DNA of 64,000 bases from Utricularia gibba. Its lineage: Eukaryota > Plantae > Magnoliophyta. Positions within the stretch are counted from its first letter, which is position 1; each line of letters opens with the position of its first letter. The notes beneath the pieces are model-generated. The model ran no database searches. It was given only the letters and a program-made list of their open reading frames with translations, and was not told the origin of the DNA. Location: NCBI GenBank assembly GCA_002189035.1, contig CM007992.1:3162001-3226000 (forward strand), given 5' to 3'. The translations under genes and the position numbers were made by a program. This document shows, piece after piece, positions 51,490 through 64,000 of this stretch.

Positions 51490-52604
51490 GCAATCAAGTG
51501 GTGAGCGCTGTTAATACTCTTCTCCCCGCACTCTCTCCCGGCACTCTCTTTCCCGTTGTGCTTATGTCTGGAAAATTGCTCTAAAAAGTATTCCGTGTCA
51601 TCATTATTTTCTGCCATCGATCATTTCCTCATTTAGTTCTTTAATTCGTGCTACTTCTTTGTTTTCTACTGCAATTCATGACTATGGTTGTGATCAACCC
51701 TGTGACTCTCATGCAGGCTTTCGGCCCCAAGCTAGACTCCATTACCGTGACTGCACCATATTCATAGGCTCATTTTATTCATTCATTTTCCTCGCAACTA
51801 CCAGACGATTGTGATCCCATTTTAGAGCAAATCACAGGTAGTTCGATGCCGCATAGGGTCAGCATACTCCTGTTAAAACAAGGTCCTCCAAGGTAGTAGA
51901 CAACAGTAAAACATTCCTTTTGGAAAGCATGGTATGCGCCTGTTGTTTTTTTGAGAGCATTCATGTATTACATTGTCATGTATATTCACTGTGCACATAC
52001 TTATCACCCTCGCCCTCGTTCAGATTTTTTTTGCAAGAAACTAGCATCTTGCACCCTACTTAACAACTGGTTTATGACTAAGGTATCTTATCCAGTCTAG
52101 AATTTGTTGTTTTTTTATAAGAATTAAAAAAATGCATCTAGTGTGAAGTATATTGATGTGTCCTTTTCACCGGAGTACAAATAGTTTCATGATGAAGGTT
52201 TGGGTAGACTGTGGTGCCCTTGATTATGAATGGAAACAATGTTAGAGAACTTTGATGCACCTTATAATTTCCAGAGTACAAATAGTTTACATCAGGCATT
52301 TGCCCAACTTCGGATAAGGACCGTATAATCTTTTCACTTCTATCCTGTTTGGTATCGTATCTTGTCAGAAAAAAGCTGCTGTTGTCAGTATCAGCTTCGG
52401 TATGAATGGCAGGATCATGAGAAAATGCTTCTTTCCAACTTCATCTGAATGACCGTTAATAACTGACTGGGTGTTGATTCCATGGCTTTCATGGATGGCT
52501 TCTCTTCTTGGTTAATGCCACTGTTAATGAATACATGAACCAATCATCCTCGCTACCAGGACAGCTTCAACTTCCACTGACAGGAATCATCACCATCCTA
52601 TTTC

Positions 52605-55600
52605 TCAGCTGCTTCCATGGCCAGCGTGCCATTTTCTTTCAGCAGACTGTCATAGGTGAAGATCCATGATTGCTTGACAAAAGATTCATCCCTTGAGGCC
52701 CTTCTCATCAACCCTCCGGAGTCAGTGGCTGTGGATGTCTCTTCAGGGCAGAAACAAAAGAGAAGTCAGCTTCGCCATGAAAAAGAATTCTCAGCTGATG
52801 AGTGTTCACTTGGTGGCTCGCCATCAAGAAGACATAAGCATCAAGCAAGCACTCATTTGGCGAATTCAGCAAAAAAATTGAACCTACCTTCTTCTCTGGT
52901 GAAATCAGTCAGTAAGGATGATGAACGAGCAGAGAACCTGTTCATTGAAAAAAAAAAAAAATAAATAACTACCACCTACAGATGCAGTCAATACAGAGGC
53001 CCAAGTCCTACCTGTTGTACAAGAGCATATAAGCTCCCTGCGAGAGCACCTCGTCCAATCCTACGCTATAGACCTGAGGAACAAAAGACACTGAAAATTA
53101 AACAGCACAAAGGCAATTCATCAGTTCTCAGTAGCCACTATCAGGATATTACCTTACAGTCATCAATCCTGTACCAGCCCCCAGAGAAGTCCCTAATATA
53201 ACATATGTAATGACCAAAGAAAGATGCATTGAGCATGTCCACATGAACGATTACGGCATACAACTTGTAAACATCATTTTCATCCTCCATTTCACTCATG
53301 TATGGGCGGAAATCCAACGTCTCAGGGAAAGTTACACGCTTATTAAGCTTTCCAAATCTTCCACTCTGCAGAAGAATATTGAGAAGATTACAGAAGGGGA
53401 GTTGCTTTAATTCAGTAAAGAGTAAAACGAGATACTAAAAATGGTGCCTTCATGAATATGATGAAAAAAATTTAGTGTGCATCACTATTGGAGTCCCGTC
53501 TCTAAGAAAAATCAGTGAATCCGAAGGAACAGAAAGAACTTGAGGCAATTTTCAGGAATTTAAAGGAGGCGTTAGGAGCAGACCTGGAATCTTTTCAAAG
53601 CGATTGTAAGAATATTTGGCGCCCGTTGAACAGTAAGGCGCTTGGATGCCATAACATAGGCGTTACAGCTGCAAGGCAACTATTTCATATTACTGAAGAA
53701 ACAGATAATGATAACAAGCAATCTGTACCACATGAAAATTGAAGGGAAACCAATTTCAATATGAGGGATCAAGATGAAAAGCATCCTCAAGAAATAATAT
53801 GGAACAATTAGATGTTGCACGTGAACTCTTGTGAGAAGAAGGGAGAAAAATGCACATAATAAAAAATCTTATCATATAAATTCTGACACCAAAAGGTTCA
53901 CATGAAAGTTATGTCTAAGAGCACCTGAAGAGAAATAGAATGCCAAACTAGAGCTTACCCATCACATCTATACATATTGTCACCATGAAGTTTCTCCTCT
54001 GCAGTGAACTGATCTAAGCATTCTTCTAATGACCCCGCATCACCATGAATTTCCACAGTTAAATCCATCATATTCTCAAATTGGTTAGAAACATTATTGC
54101 ATTGTGCACACACGACCTAAAAATATAAATAAATAAATAAGAATGTACAGATGCGGGGACCCATGATGGAGATACATAAGACAGGAAGGACAATCATATA
54201 AATGCTGTTACTTGGAAATATGCATCATTCTTATAACATGAATCACAATACTTGGTAAAGGAAAACAGGCATGCTATGGCACTTTCTTTCAATAGATGCA
54301 GGCAAAATTTAGAAAATCAAGATTCATTAGTGATACCTCAGATTGAAGGCGGCCACCAAATATATGTTGAATGAGGGTTGTCTCTTGGTACATTGGTGGG
54401 ACTGCTTTTTCTCCACCAAATTCATCTAAGCATACTGATTGCATTCTCTCAATAGCAAACCTGCGAACAGATGTGCATCCATTGTTAACCAAAACCAAAG
54501 ACAGAACACCTTATCTACATGTAATATGCTATATCTAGGGAACCACGGGGATAAGGACCTCATAAGCTCATGAGCATCCTCCTGATTTCCGTATCCAAGA
54601 CTAATGCATATGTTAGGTAATCTTGAGAGTATGTTTGTGGGTGAAAAGGGTTGACAGCTCTGTCTAGTCCTCTCGACATGAGCCTCAAACTCACAAAGAA
54701 AGCACCAATCCTCCTTTCTACCTGGACAGTAAAAAAAAAAAAAAAGGTGATTATGTATTCACAAGAAGAAAATATTGACTGTCTCCTTGTCAATAAAACG
54801 TATTACAATGTATACGGTGTCCTTTCTCTATCAAGTAGGCAACAAGTGGCCGGGTGAATGCAAGACACTGCAGAACTACATTGACAAAGCAGCTGCAAAT
54901 AAAGAACACGAGATTATGGTAAATGATATGATACACAAAACCAGAAACAAGCCTGAGAGAACACTCACCTATTTCCACAGTTTAAGAGTCCACATGGTGG
55001 ATATCCCTCCTTGTCCCAGTTAAAAAATTTCACAAACTCTTCGTAGGGAAAAAGCATCTGTCAAAAAGTCGTCAATCTTAGCACTCGCTACAGCAAGTAT
55101 ACGTACGGTTAACAAATAGTCAGGAAAACATCCACTGCAATACCTTCTTTGAGAAATTCAGAATCTTTGAATCCGTTAGCGAATGGTCCTCGGAGGCTCC
55201 CTTTGTACCCAAAACGGCATTAGAGTTTTCAAGCTTGGATTTGTGAAGCGATCGCAAGTCCAAGCATTTTCTTTTACGTCCAGAATTCCAATGCGATCTT
55301 TGGCAGGTTTCAGAGCTGAAATTTCACACCCATTCAACAACATCAGCGCATAGCCGCCCAATAAAAGAAGAAAATCACGATAATCAGTACGTGCAAATGA
55401 TCAGTCAATGTGTCGCACCAGTATATGACCGTCGTACAACGAACCCACTGCTTCTTCGTGGGAAGGCCGCAAGCAGCACAGGACTCGGAGCCCTCAGCAA
55501 CATGATCACCAACTTCCCCCAACTTCTCACCTTTCCCGCGACTCGAGGAAGACAAATCCGCGGCAGAGGGATCAAAATTGGTGTTCACGATGAAGTACCT

Positions 55601-55699
55601 GGACGCGGCGTTACGAGCCAGTAGCGCCAATCCCAGAGCAGCGGCAACTGCCAACACTACAGCTTGCAGCAACCAGTTAAACTCCGCCGCGACATGCAT
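52605..55699 (-). CDS. UBP18/19-like: Ubiquitin-specific protease, UBP18/19-like (N-terminal TM, MYND finger, USP domain); 3' end uncertain
   Basis: Cys box [40 protein letters not shown], His box [25 protein letters not shown]. The terminal exon does not give one clean long frame, so 52605 is one possible stop. Confidence 0.8.
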
Positions 55700-56898
55700 T
55701 TAACAACAAGAGATTTCCACTTAATAACGCTACATGCAAATCCCGATTCAATCACTTCGCTAAACATTAATTGATCAGGGAACGGAATCTAGGGTTTCTT
55801 TTCAGTCCCCAATTGGGGTCCAGAGGGACTTCTTCCAAGTCAAGGCTGTCAAAAACAACAGTGAAATTCAGGAGCTTGGGACCTCCCTCTCCCGTCTTCA
55901 TCCCCCCTACACAAGAATCTTCACATTTCTGCATTTCATCATCTGCTATAAAATATTATTTATCATCTTTTTTTTTATTTTGAGATCGTATTTAAATTTA
56001 TAATTGTTTGATATTAAATCAAAAATTCTATCAAAATTCTGAAATTTCAAAAATGAATATAATTTTATTAAAATGACTGATATTCATTGATTGTTAAGGA
56101 AACAATTAATATTAATTAAGTTTAAGATCTTGTTTAATATAATTATTAATGTCTGTGTTTAATATTAATTGTTCTGCATAATGAATTTCTTGAAGTAAGA
56201 TTCTAATCTTTAGTTATTGTGCAGTAAAATTAAAAATTCAAATTTGATGATTAATTTTAAAAATTATTGAATTTCTTGAATCTCTATTTAAGATATTAAA
56301 TAAAAGATATAATATTAAATTGTATAATAATTTAACATATTAAACTTTACAATATATTTTATTTTATTAAATTTTATATTATCATATAAAACAGTTTTAC
56401 AATATCAAATTGATTTTATTCACATAATTTTAAAATTGATTGCATTCTATATAACCTGAAGTACAGTTTCAAATTTCAGAATAAATCTTATTTATGATAA
56501 ACATTAAGGATTAAATTTACCAAGATGATAAATTTCAAAGAATTTTCATGTAATTTTCTCTTTATTCAATCATATTTCATAAAACTCTTCTACTACATGA
56601 ATTTGCTTAATCAAGAGAAATATCGAATTTTTTTTCATTTATTCTAAATGTACATTTACGAACATATAATATCATTTTAAATACGAATTTATATAATTTA
56701 TCTATCAAACAAACGACATCATTAACACGACTAAAATAACTTACCAGATAGCGGACGGTTCGGTTAAACGGTTTCGATTGTGAATCCTCATTATACATAA
56801 CTTCTTTTGTTCAAGAAAGTGAAATGCCTGTTGAAAAAAGGAGGAGGACGGAGGCATTCTGGAGAAGAAGGTCGCCATTTGTTGTTCAAACTTCAAAC

Positions 56899-58736
56899 CT
56901 AAGCAGCAGCATGGGACCGGGAGGCCTCATCGCCGGCGCTGAGGAACCGCACCACAATGATGGTGATGTTATCGCTGCTGCCTCTTTGGTTGGCTTCCTG
57001 CATCAGCCTTTTTGCCACTTCCCTTGGATCTTGTATTGGTCTGGTTATGGCGACGGCTTCCTGAAAAACGATCGGATTCTGAAACGGCGACCGGAGGGGG
57101 ATTGAGAGCGAACGGAGAGGATGATGGGGAGGGGAGTACCTCATTTGTCACTACATCCCAGAGACCGTCGCTTGCCAGGATGAGGAACTCGAGAGTGTTG
57201 TCTACTACTTCTTCCTGTGTTTTTCCATTGAATGAGGATTAGTGTACTGGTTTTTGAGCAGATTTGGGAAGGAATACTCACCCTGATGTCAGGATCAGCA
57301 ACGACGTACTGCTTGAGCAGCCGATCGCCGAATGCGCGAGACACGGCGAGCACGCCGCCGACTCTCCAGGTTCCTTTGAAGGAAACAGAGCTGAAGTGGA
57401 TTGCTCAAGTTATGAGAGTGGCTTATGAGAATATGTTACCCGCCCACATCACGAATCCTCCTGCATCTTCAATGCGCTGCCGTTCGTCGGTCTGATCCGG
57501 CTTGTGATCTCGGGACACAGCAATGGCTAAAAAACCAGTAACTTCATGTAAATGAAGAGAGAAACACAGAGGAAGCAGATGATGATTGTTTTGTAGTTAC
57601 CCTTTCCACCCCTGCAAATAACAGCTCTTGAGTCTCCAACATTCGCAACCAACAGCCGGTCGCCGACGAGGATTGCAGTTGAAGCTGTGGATCCTGCGTC
57701 CCTGTTCTGATTATTTTCAGATTTCAGGAACTCGGAGTCCGTAAGGCTGTAGGCATCAGCTGTGACATTGAAAGAAGGATCACAAAAAGGGAACTTGAAA
57801 GGAAAAAAGCTCCATTGCAAGATAAAAGATCATGTGAGTTACAGCAACAGTTTCTGTCTCAAAAACTTGTATCCAAATCAGTATAACACCCAACTGTTTT
57901 TCTGTGGAAGCAACATCCTAACTATACAAAATTTGCATCCATTTTTCATGATATTATGCACGGATCATGTATATCATGTCGAATTCTTCCGAAAAAATAA
58001 GAGTCGTCGTATTTTTTGCAAGAAGCAACATACCTATAGCTGATTTTGTATCAGAAATGAACTTTGGATGCTTGATGAGATTGCTGAAGAGGTTTTGTTT
58101 CACATATTCTGCTGCTCTAGCACCACCATGGCCTTGAAATAATAGCTCACTTGTTATATGACTAAAAAACAACAAAAGGTTCTTGCAATAAAATGCAGAA
58201 AGGGGGAAAAAGCAAAACCATCCTCAGAAGTTTTTATAATCAACCTAAGCATCAGGATTTTCTACTGTAAGGGGAGACATCTGCAATGACTGGAGGTAAG
58301 AGAATGTATAGGGAAGATACCATCGAAGACTCCGAAGAGACCAACCACCTCTCCATCAACACCGTCGATCTTCGTCTCGTAAAAGTCCTCCATTGAAGAT
58401 CTTTTACCTGGAGTACTAGCATACCCATAGGCAAACTTTCCATTCTCACTGCAGTCACATATGCGGCACACAATGACTTTTGGAGAAAACCAAGCAGATA
58501 AAGGAGATGCATGTTCAAAAATATATGTTATTGCAATCAAAGGCACAATCTGAGCATCTAAAGATGCAGATTATGTTGAGTTTTATCCACAGAGAAACTT
58601 CTTTGTGTAGCCCAAAAGACAGATCAGACAGAAGCTAAGAAAAACATGATTACCTGAGGCCACCGCCACTGACTGTGGCTGTGTCTACCACACCTTGGCC
58701 AGTAGCTTGCAGCAACAAAGAGTTCAAGTCACCCAT
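56899..58736 (-). CDS. Protein phosphatase 2C, clade F (WIN2/PP2C59-like), 8 coding exons
   Basis: [96 protein letters not shown]. Confidence 0.93.
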
Positions 58737-61700
58737 CTAACCAGATACTTGTGAAATGGGTTCGCAATTCAATTAATCAATTTATTTCTTCTTCAACTAC
58801 CTGGCTACCGAATCTGAAACCGAATTTCCATAGCCAAAAAAAAAAAGGCCAGATCAATCAAAACAGTTTGAAAAAAAATGCATAGACGGGGTAAGAGCAA
58901 AAGATAGAGAAGTTAAAGGCATCGGGTAGATGGAGCCCTCTAGATCTAACATACAAGAGATCAAAACACGCCCTAATTTAAGAGATCAGCACCCAAATAG
59001 GGAATCATGAGCAAAATTGGTGCAAAACAAGCAATAAGTTGTGTATACATGAACGAACCCCGGTCTCAAAATTCAGTCTTTGCGTATAATCATCCAACAA
59101 TCTCATGAACAAGCAGTGGGTTTTCATCAAGCAGATAAAGAAGTCGAGAAAATCTTTTTTTCTGCCAATAGCATTCCACAACCTCGTGATAGCAGGCAAA
59201 AGGAGAAGCATACCTCAATGAAACCAGAATGGACGCTGAAAACACAGCGAAAAAAGAGACGGGAAAGACGGAAAAAAGACAGTACGAGGGGGATTCAACA
59301 AGAAAAATTATTGCAGCAGCTGAGTCAAGGCTATCATTAATAACAAGTTTGAACATTTTTCAAGAGAAGGTTTGGTTTTGTATCCACATGGTCAAATCCT
59401 TATCTAATCCCTTGGTGGAACACAGAAAAGGAAAAGTTGCCTATTTTTTGACCCACAGGCTTTGTTTGTCGTTGCTGCGTGCTGTTTGTTTGGTTTTCTT
59501 AGCAGAGAACCCAAGCAGCCGAAAAATGAGGTCACCCCACAAACAAACATGGCATCGGGAGGAGAAGGAAGAATCGCCCATCGTCAGCGGAGTGTAAATT
59601 TGTTACCTTTTCGAAGAACCTGCTCTGAATCGACATTCAAAATCAAAGCCAACCGTTACCTAATAAGCACTGCGAAGAGAAGATGCAGCATATCTTCAAA
59701 TCTGAGTCATTTTCCATTGCAAAACTTTGAGGCATTGAACAAAAAGCTCTACTGTAGAAAAGGAGTTTGTTAAATAACCAGTTTTACAAGTCTTTTATGA
59801 ATAACTACTTTTTTTATTTGTTAAATATTCATATTTCAGGTGAAAAATAAATAATTGTATATTTAATATATAAAAATAAATAAATGTACTTATAAAAAAT
59901 ATACACAAACTTTTTTCAAATAATGTTTTGATTTAACTTTTTTTATATTTTCAAATAAATTTATTTAATACATTCACATAAATATTTTTTAAATAATAAT
60001 ATAACTAATTCATTATTATTGTTTGCAACTTGATCTTCATTTGAAACATATGCATTTAGAAGCTAATAACATTATCCTTGCATCATACTTTGAAATAATT
60101 TCAAAAGAATAAACGTAATTTTACGATACATATAAATAATATTTGTATGAGTCAAATTCAAATTTCTCATCTTCATTATTATCAATTTATAATTCTTTAT
60201 CACTCTATATCATTTGACATACATTATTTGTGCCAAACGACTTTGAATATGAAATAAGACCATGCTTTTATTGTGCATGACAAATAAACGAAACGTGTAT
60301 GACAAATAAATAAGTAACCATCATATCATATCATCACTCTATGGTTTATTGTGCATCATATGTGTTGTTAAGGCATAAGATAAATGACTTTTCTTCATAT
60401 ATGTTCAAATTGATATGTATAACTTCAAAAAAAATATACTCAAATTGCATGTAAATGGAGTAGATCAAATAGTGTAAAGAATAATCATCGATGATAAGGG
60501 TATACTTTGGGGTGACTTTAAAAAATATTAACTGTTAAAATATATGTAATAAAATTATCTATTATATATGTAATTTTTTATGATTAATATATGAGAGAGA
60601 AATCAAGGATATGTATTTTTAGAAACTACCCATATATTTTGATACATTGATTTTGGCTGAGATATATTGAGTAATAATTTTTAAAAAATATTGATCCAGA
60701 TACTTGTCAACTATAGGATATGGATGATGACTAAGTCCTTTGAAACTAATGCCTTGTATGAGCTGGAAATATATGTTTGATAATTCATAGAATATCATAA
60801 TAGTGAAATCATTGAAACAATTATTCTAAAAAAAATACACATAATAATTATTGTGCATGCGTAAGGAATGACTACGTTTTTTTATAAACTATTCCTTTTT
60901 ATACATTCTTTATACGTTTCGAAATAATTTTATTAAACATCTTTTTAATTAAACTTTTATATTTTGAAAATAACTATTATTCTTTAAAATATTTTATTAC
61001 ATAAGTATATAAACATTAAATAAAAAAAATTATACAAAAAAATGCAGATCTTTAAATACATTTAAAATAAAAATAACAATTATTCAACTAACAAATTATT
61101 TCTATGCAGGGGAATATTCAACGAACGCCGACTCTGAACTTTTCCTCTGTAGAGAACCTCCTTTCCATGAAAAGTCGTACGCCAAAAGGATAAGAGATTC
61201 GGTGCATGCCCTGAAACAAGGATTGTGAGATATGCGGTAGAGAGAAGAGAACAAACAACAAGAAAGTTCGCAATTAGATGATGTTTGTGTTGTAATATTT
61301 TAATTGCAATAATAGAATTATTGGAAGAGTAAATTCATCCAAGATTTGAATTAGTTTTAAATTATTGTAACCAATTCTTAATCTTATGTAAAACTAGGAA
61401 ATGATAGAATTGGCTAGATTTCCTAATTTTGCAAATTCGATTGTGTTTTATTTGATTACTTCTGTACTATAAAAACGATATTTTTTTATATAACGAATCA
61501 TTTGAATTTTAGAGATAGCTAATCAATTGAGTGGTAAAAAAATATTGAAACTATGATTTGTTGCTTTTGTGTGTTCTTATTCATTTTCAGCCAATAATTT
61601 GTTTTGTCTGTAATTTGTAATGATGTTAGTGTTGGATTGCAGCAAGTCCTTAAAGTTTTCTTTCTTGGTGAACTGTCTGGTTCAATCATGGCTGTAAAGG

Positions 61701-61931
61701 GATGATTCTTCAATGATGGGACTGGCCTGGATTCCTCCATTACCAGCAACAGATTCCAAGTATCTTTAAAAGGATGAAAGAGCAAGGATCAATTGATTCA
61801 GATGAACTGTAACTACTGCAATAACATGGCTTGCAATGAATGGGCTGTTTTCCCCTTTCAGGTGTTCAATCTTAACAATGTGTTGAGCCTTGATGTAGAT
61901 ACATGAACTAGAAGCTTGGCATTCTTGAGTT

Positions 61932-63515
61932 TTAACATGCCCCAGCTCCAATTCCCAGCCTTCCTGCAGCAACATCATGTACTAATTCAAAGCCCCTTTG
62001 CTGTTTGTTGCCCCAGATTGCTATGCTGCCTGCTACACTGTTTCCAGCAAACGCCAGACACACCTTGGATCTATCAACAACGTAGAGTGTTCCTGAAGCA
62101 GGCAACTGGACAACAACGTTCCCCTTGAATGTGAAGGATACCTTGGGAACTTGTATGATTGTACTGCCTCCCACATCAAAGCAAGTGTCCAGTATGGAGA
62201 AGGCAGGGGAAATCTTGTACCTTTGGCTCATCAGCCGCTTAAAAGCGGAGCTCAAGGCAGAGTAAGCATCTGGTGGGAGACGGGTGATGACCGTCCCAGA
62301 ATCTATAATTGTCCCGGATGTACCGAAAACGCCTGGTTTGATGGATAATGGTATCCCACCTACGCTGATTCCTGTGATGGAGATGTAGTAAAATGATCTT
62401 CCTTTGGAGGCATCAAATGGGGTGTACTGTACATTTCTTGAAGCCGCAGAGCTGCCGAAGGTTAAGTGCCCTGTTGAACTGGAAGTTGCAGGAAGACAAT
62501 ATGAGAACACCTTCCCATATTTGGGGGCGGTCTGTGACACAAGGGATAAGCTGGATGGCCCGAGGCCTAGAAGCCCTGCTGTGGAACCAAACAATCCCTG
62601 GTTGTTTTGGCCACAACCGAAGAGAAAGTTGTTGAACACATCACTTGATAGAGTCAGCTTATCCTTGGCGTAGAATCCTACAGTGAAAGATTGATCGCCG
62701 TACACAACTCCATACAGGCAAGTTGCCTTAGAGCAGCCGGACGGAGATCCTGCAGAAGAGAGCTGAGCACACTGTGGAGAACCACAGGAGACGTTGGAGT
62801 AAGAAGCTGAAGCAGAGGGATCAAAAAGGGGGTCCAGCTGCCGGTGACAAGATACCGAACAGGGTCGGCATTGAGTCCATGAGACATAGCTGCCGGTATC
62901 GAAAATCACGGAGAGTGATCTCGTCGGTGTTCCCAATCCAATCGTCACAACGTAGTTGCCAGAGTTGTAAGAAGTGCCTGATCTAGCAGGCAGGGTCACC
63001 TTTTCATCCACTAGCTCGTTCTTTCCTTCTGATGACAGCTGCTTATGAATATACTTCACTCGTGACTCATCAGCAGAGAGAATTTGGCTTCGTGTTAGAG
63101 CTGAAGCATCTTTGTAACATGGACCATGGCGGTGAAGAACCTCCACTGTTGATTGTCTATTGATCGGAACTGATATCATATTTCATTCCATTAGTCAGCA
63201 TCGAACAAAGATGCAAACTTTAAGAGCAAAAAGCAACATAAAACATTAGAACTCGAAGCCTGATTGCAGGTTTCAATCATCAATAAGCATGATTCTTATA
63301 TGCAAAACTGCTGCAGAAATGTAAACATGCATACCAGTTGAGCGAGTACAGACAGAGGATGGCAAAAGAGAGCTGATTTCAACTGTATCGAACTGGGACT
63401 CCAAAATGGGCTCTCTCCCGTGTACAACATAGCCTTTTTGGCTACAAAAACATGAAAATAAAACCAGAAGAAGAAACAGGTAAGATGAGATCCAGGGAGA
63501 AGAGGAAGAAGCCAT
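61932..63515 (-). CDS. Secreted A1 aspartic protease, AED1/At5g10770-like, 2 exons
   Basis: Signal-peptide exon 63515-63335 and exon 2 starting at about 63170. VLHRHGPC, SGNYVVTIGLGTP, FDTGSYVSWTQC, FLFGCGQNNQGLFG, IIDSGTVITRL, GNKQQ. Confidence 0.92.
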
Positions 63516-63771
63516 GAGTGAATGAATTTGGAGAAGGGTCACTCTCTGTATATATGCACAAAAGAGCACAAAAGATACCCATGACTTCACGCAATCTTCC
63601 TCCCAAGTTGGACTTTAAGTCCTTCATTTTCACTAGGCACAGCTTCTTCTATGGCTAGTTAAAAATGCCCGAATAGGAGGTATACTTCCATCTCTACAAC
63701 TCACTCTATGACTCTAGTTAAAGAATGAGATTTGACTCTTGTTTATCTCTCTAGGATTGCATACTGATTAT

Positions 63772-63785
63772 CCCCCCCCCCCCCC
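63772..63785. repeat. Poly-C tract
   Basis: A run of about 14 C in the protease upstream region. Confidence 0.9.
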
Positions 63786-64000
63786 TCCCGGTTATTTTAT
63801 GGTACGTCCACGGGACGTCGACAGTTTACTGAGAGTTCTTGACCATTTTCACCCCTTGAGACCTTAGCTTCTTTGTCATGCTTCACCATCAGATTTTTGA
63901 TGACTTCACAAAAGAACATCCTTTGCAAGTGTATTAGACATGGTCAAATTCTATTTTCAATCCATTAGACACGAAATACTGAGCATTTTCCCAACCCACA

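Noticed and set aside
59005-59773. ORFs upstream of the PP2C
   Set aside because: They lie in the PP2C 5' UTR, intron and promoter region, have low-complexity translations, and show no motifs.
61109-61240. GC-richer island after a TATGCAG acceptor, reading GEYSTNADSELFLCREPPFHEKSYAKRIRDSVHALKQGL*
   Set aside because: No convincing upstream coding exon or recognisable family; too short to support, though RNA-seq could revisit it.

Overview
Eukaryotic (eudicot plant) nuclear DNA, gene-dense, with short GT-AG introns and AT-rich intergenic spacers. There is no sign of prokaryotic systems, rRNA/tRNA or CRISPR. By manual exon joining I read about 16 protein-coding genes. In order: pectin acetylesterase, cytosolic TrpRS, ABC1K1, a PORR protein, a WRKY group IId factor, an unassigned 136-aa membrane ORF, REIL, DUF1644, a USP-domain kinase, ARA1 arabinokinase, a UGT74-like glycosyltransferase, a very large tail-anchored coiled-coil protein, UBP18/19-like, a clade-F PP2C and an AED1-like aspartic protease. 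A decayed COG6 copy sits at the left edge. There are two non-autonomous hAT-type elements with 8-bp target-site duplications. Most notable observations: (1) An accessory block at 20057-21200 combines a hAT element, a 46-bp copy of the PORR gene's 3' end, a duplicated W-box/DRE module, a TATA box and the orphan membrane ORF. (2) The UBP MYND finger has two substitutions that both fall on one predicted zinc site, and its tail looks decayed. (3) Three otherwise intact genes within 6.5 kb each lack one base in a G/C run, more likely an assembly artefact than biology. All family assignments come from recalled motif and sequence knowledge, not database searches.
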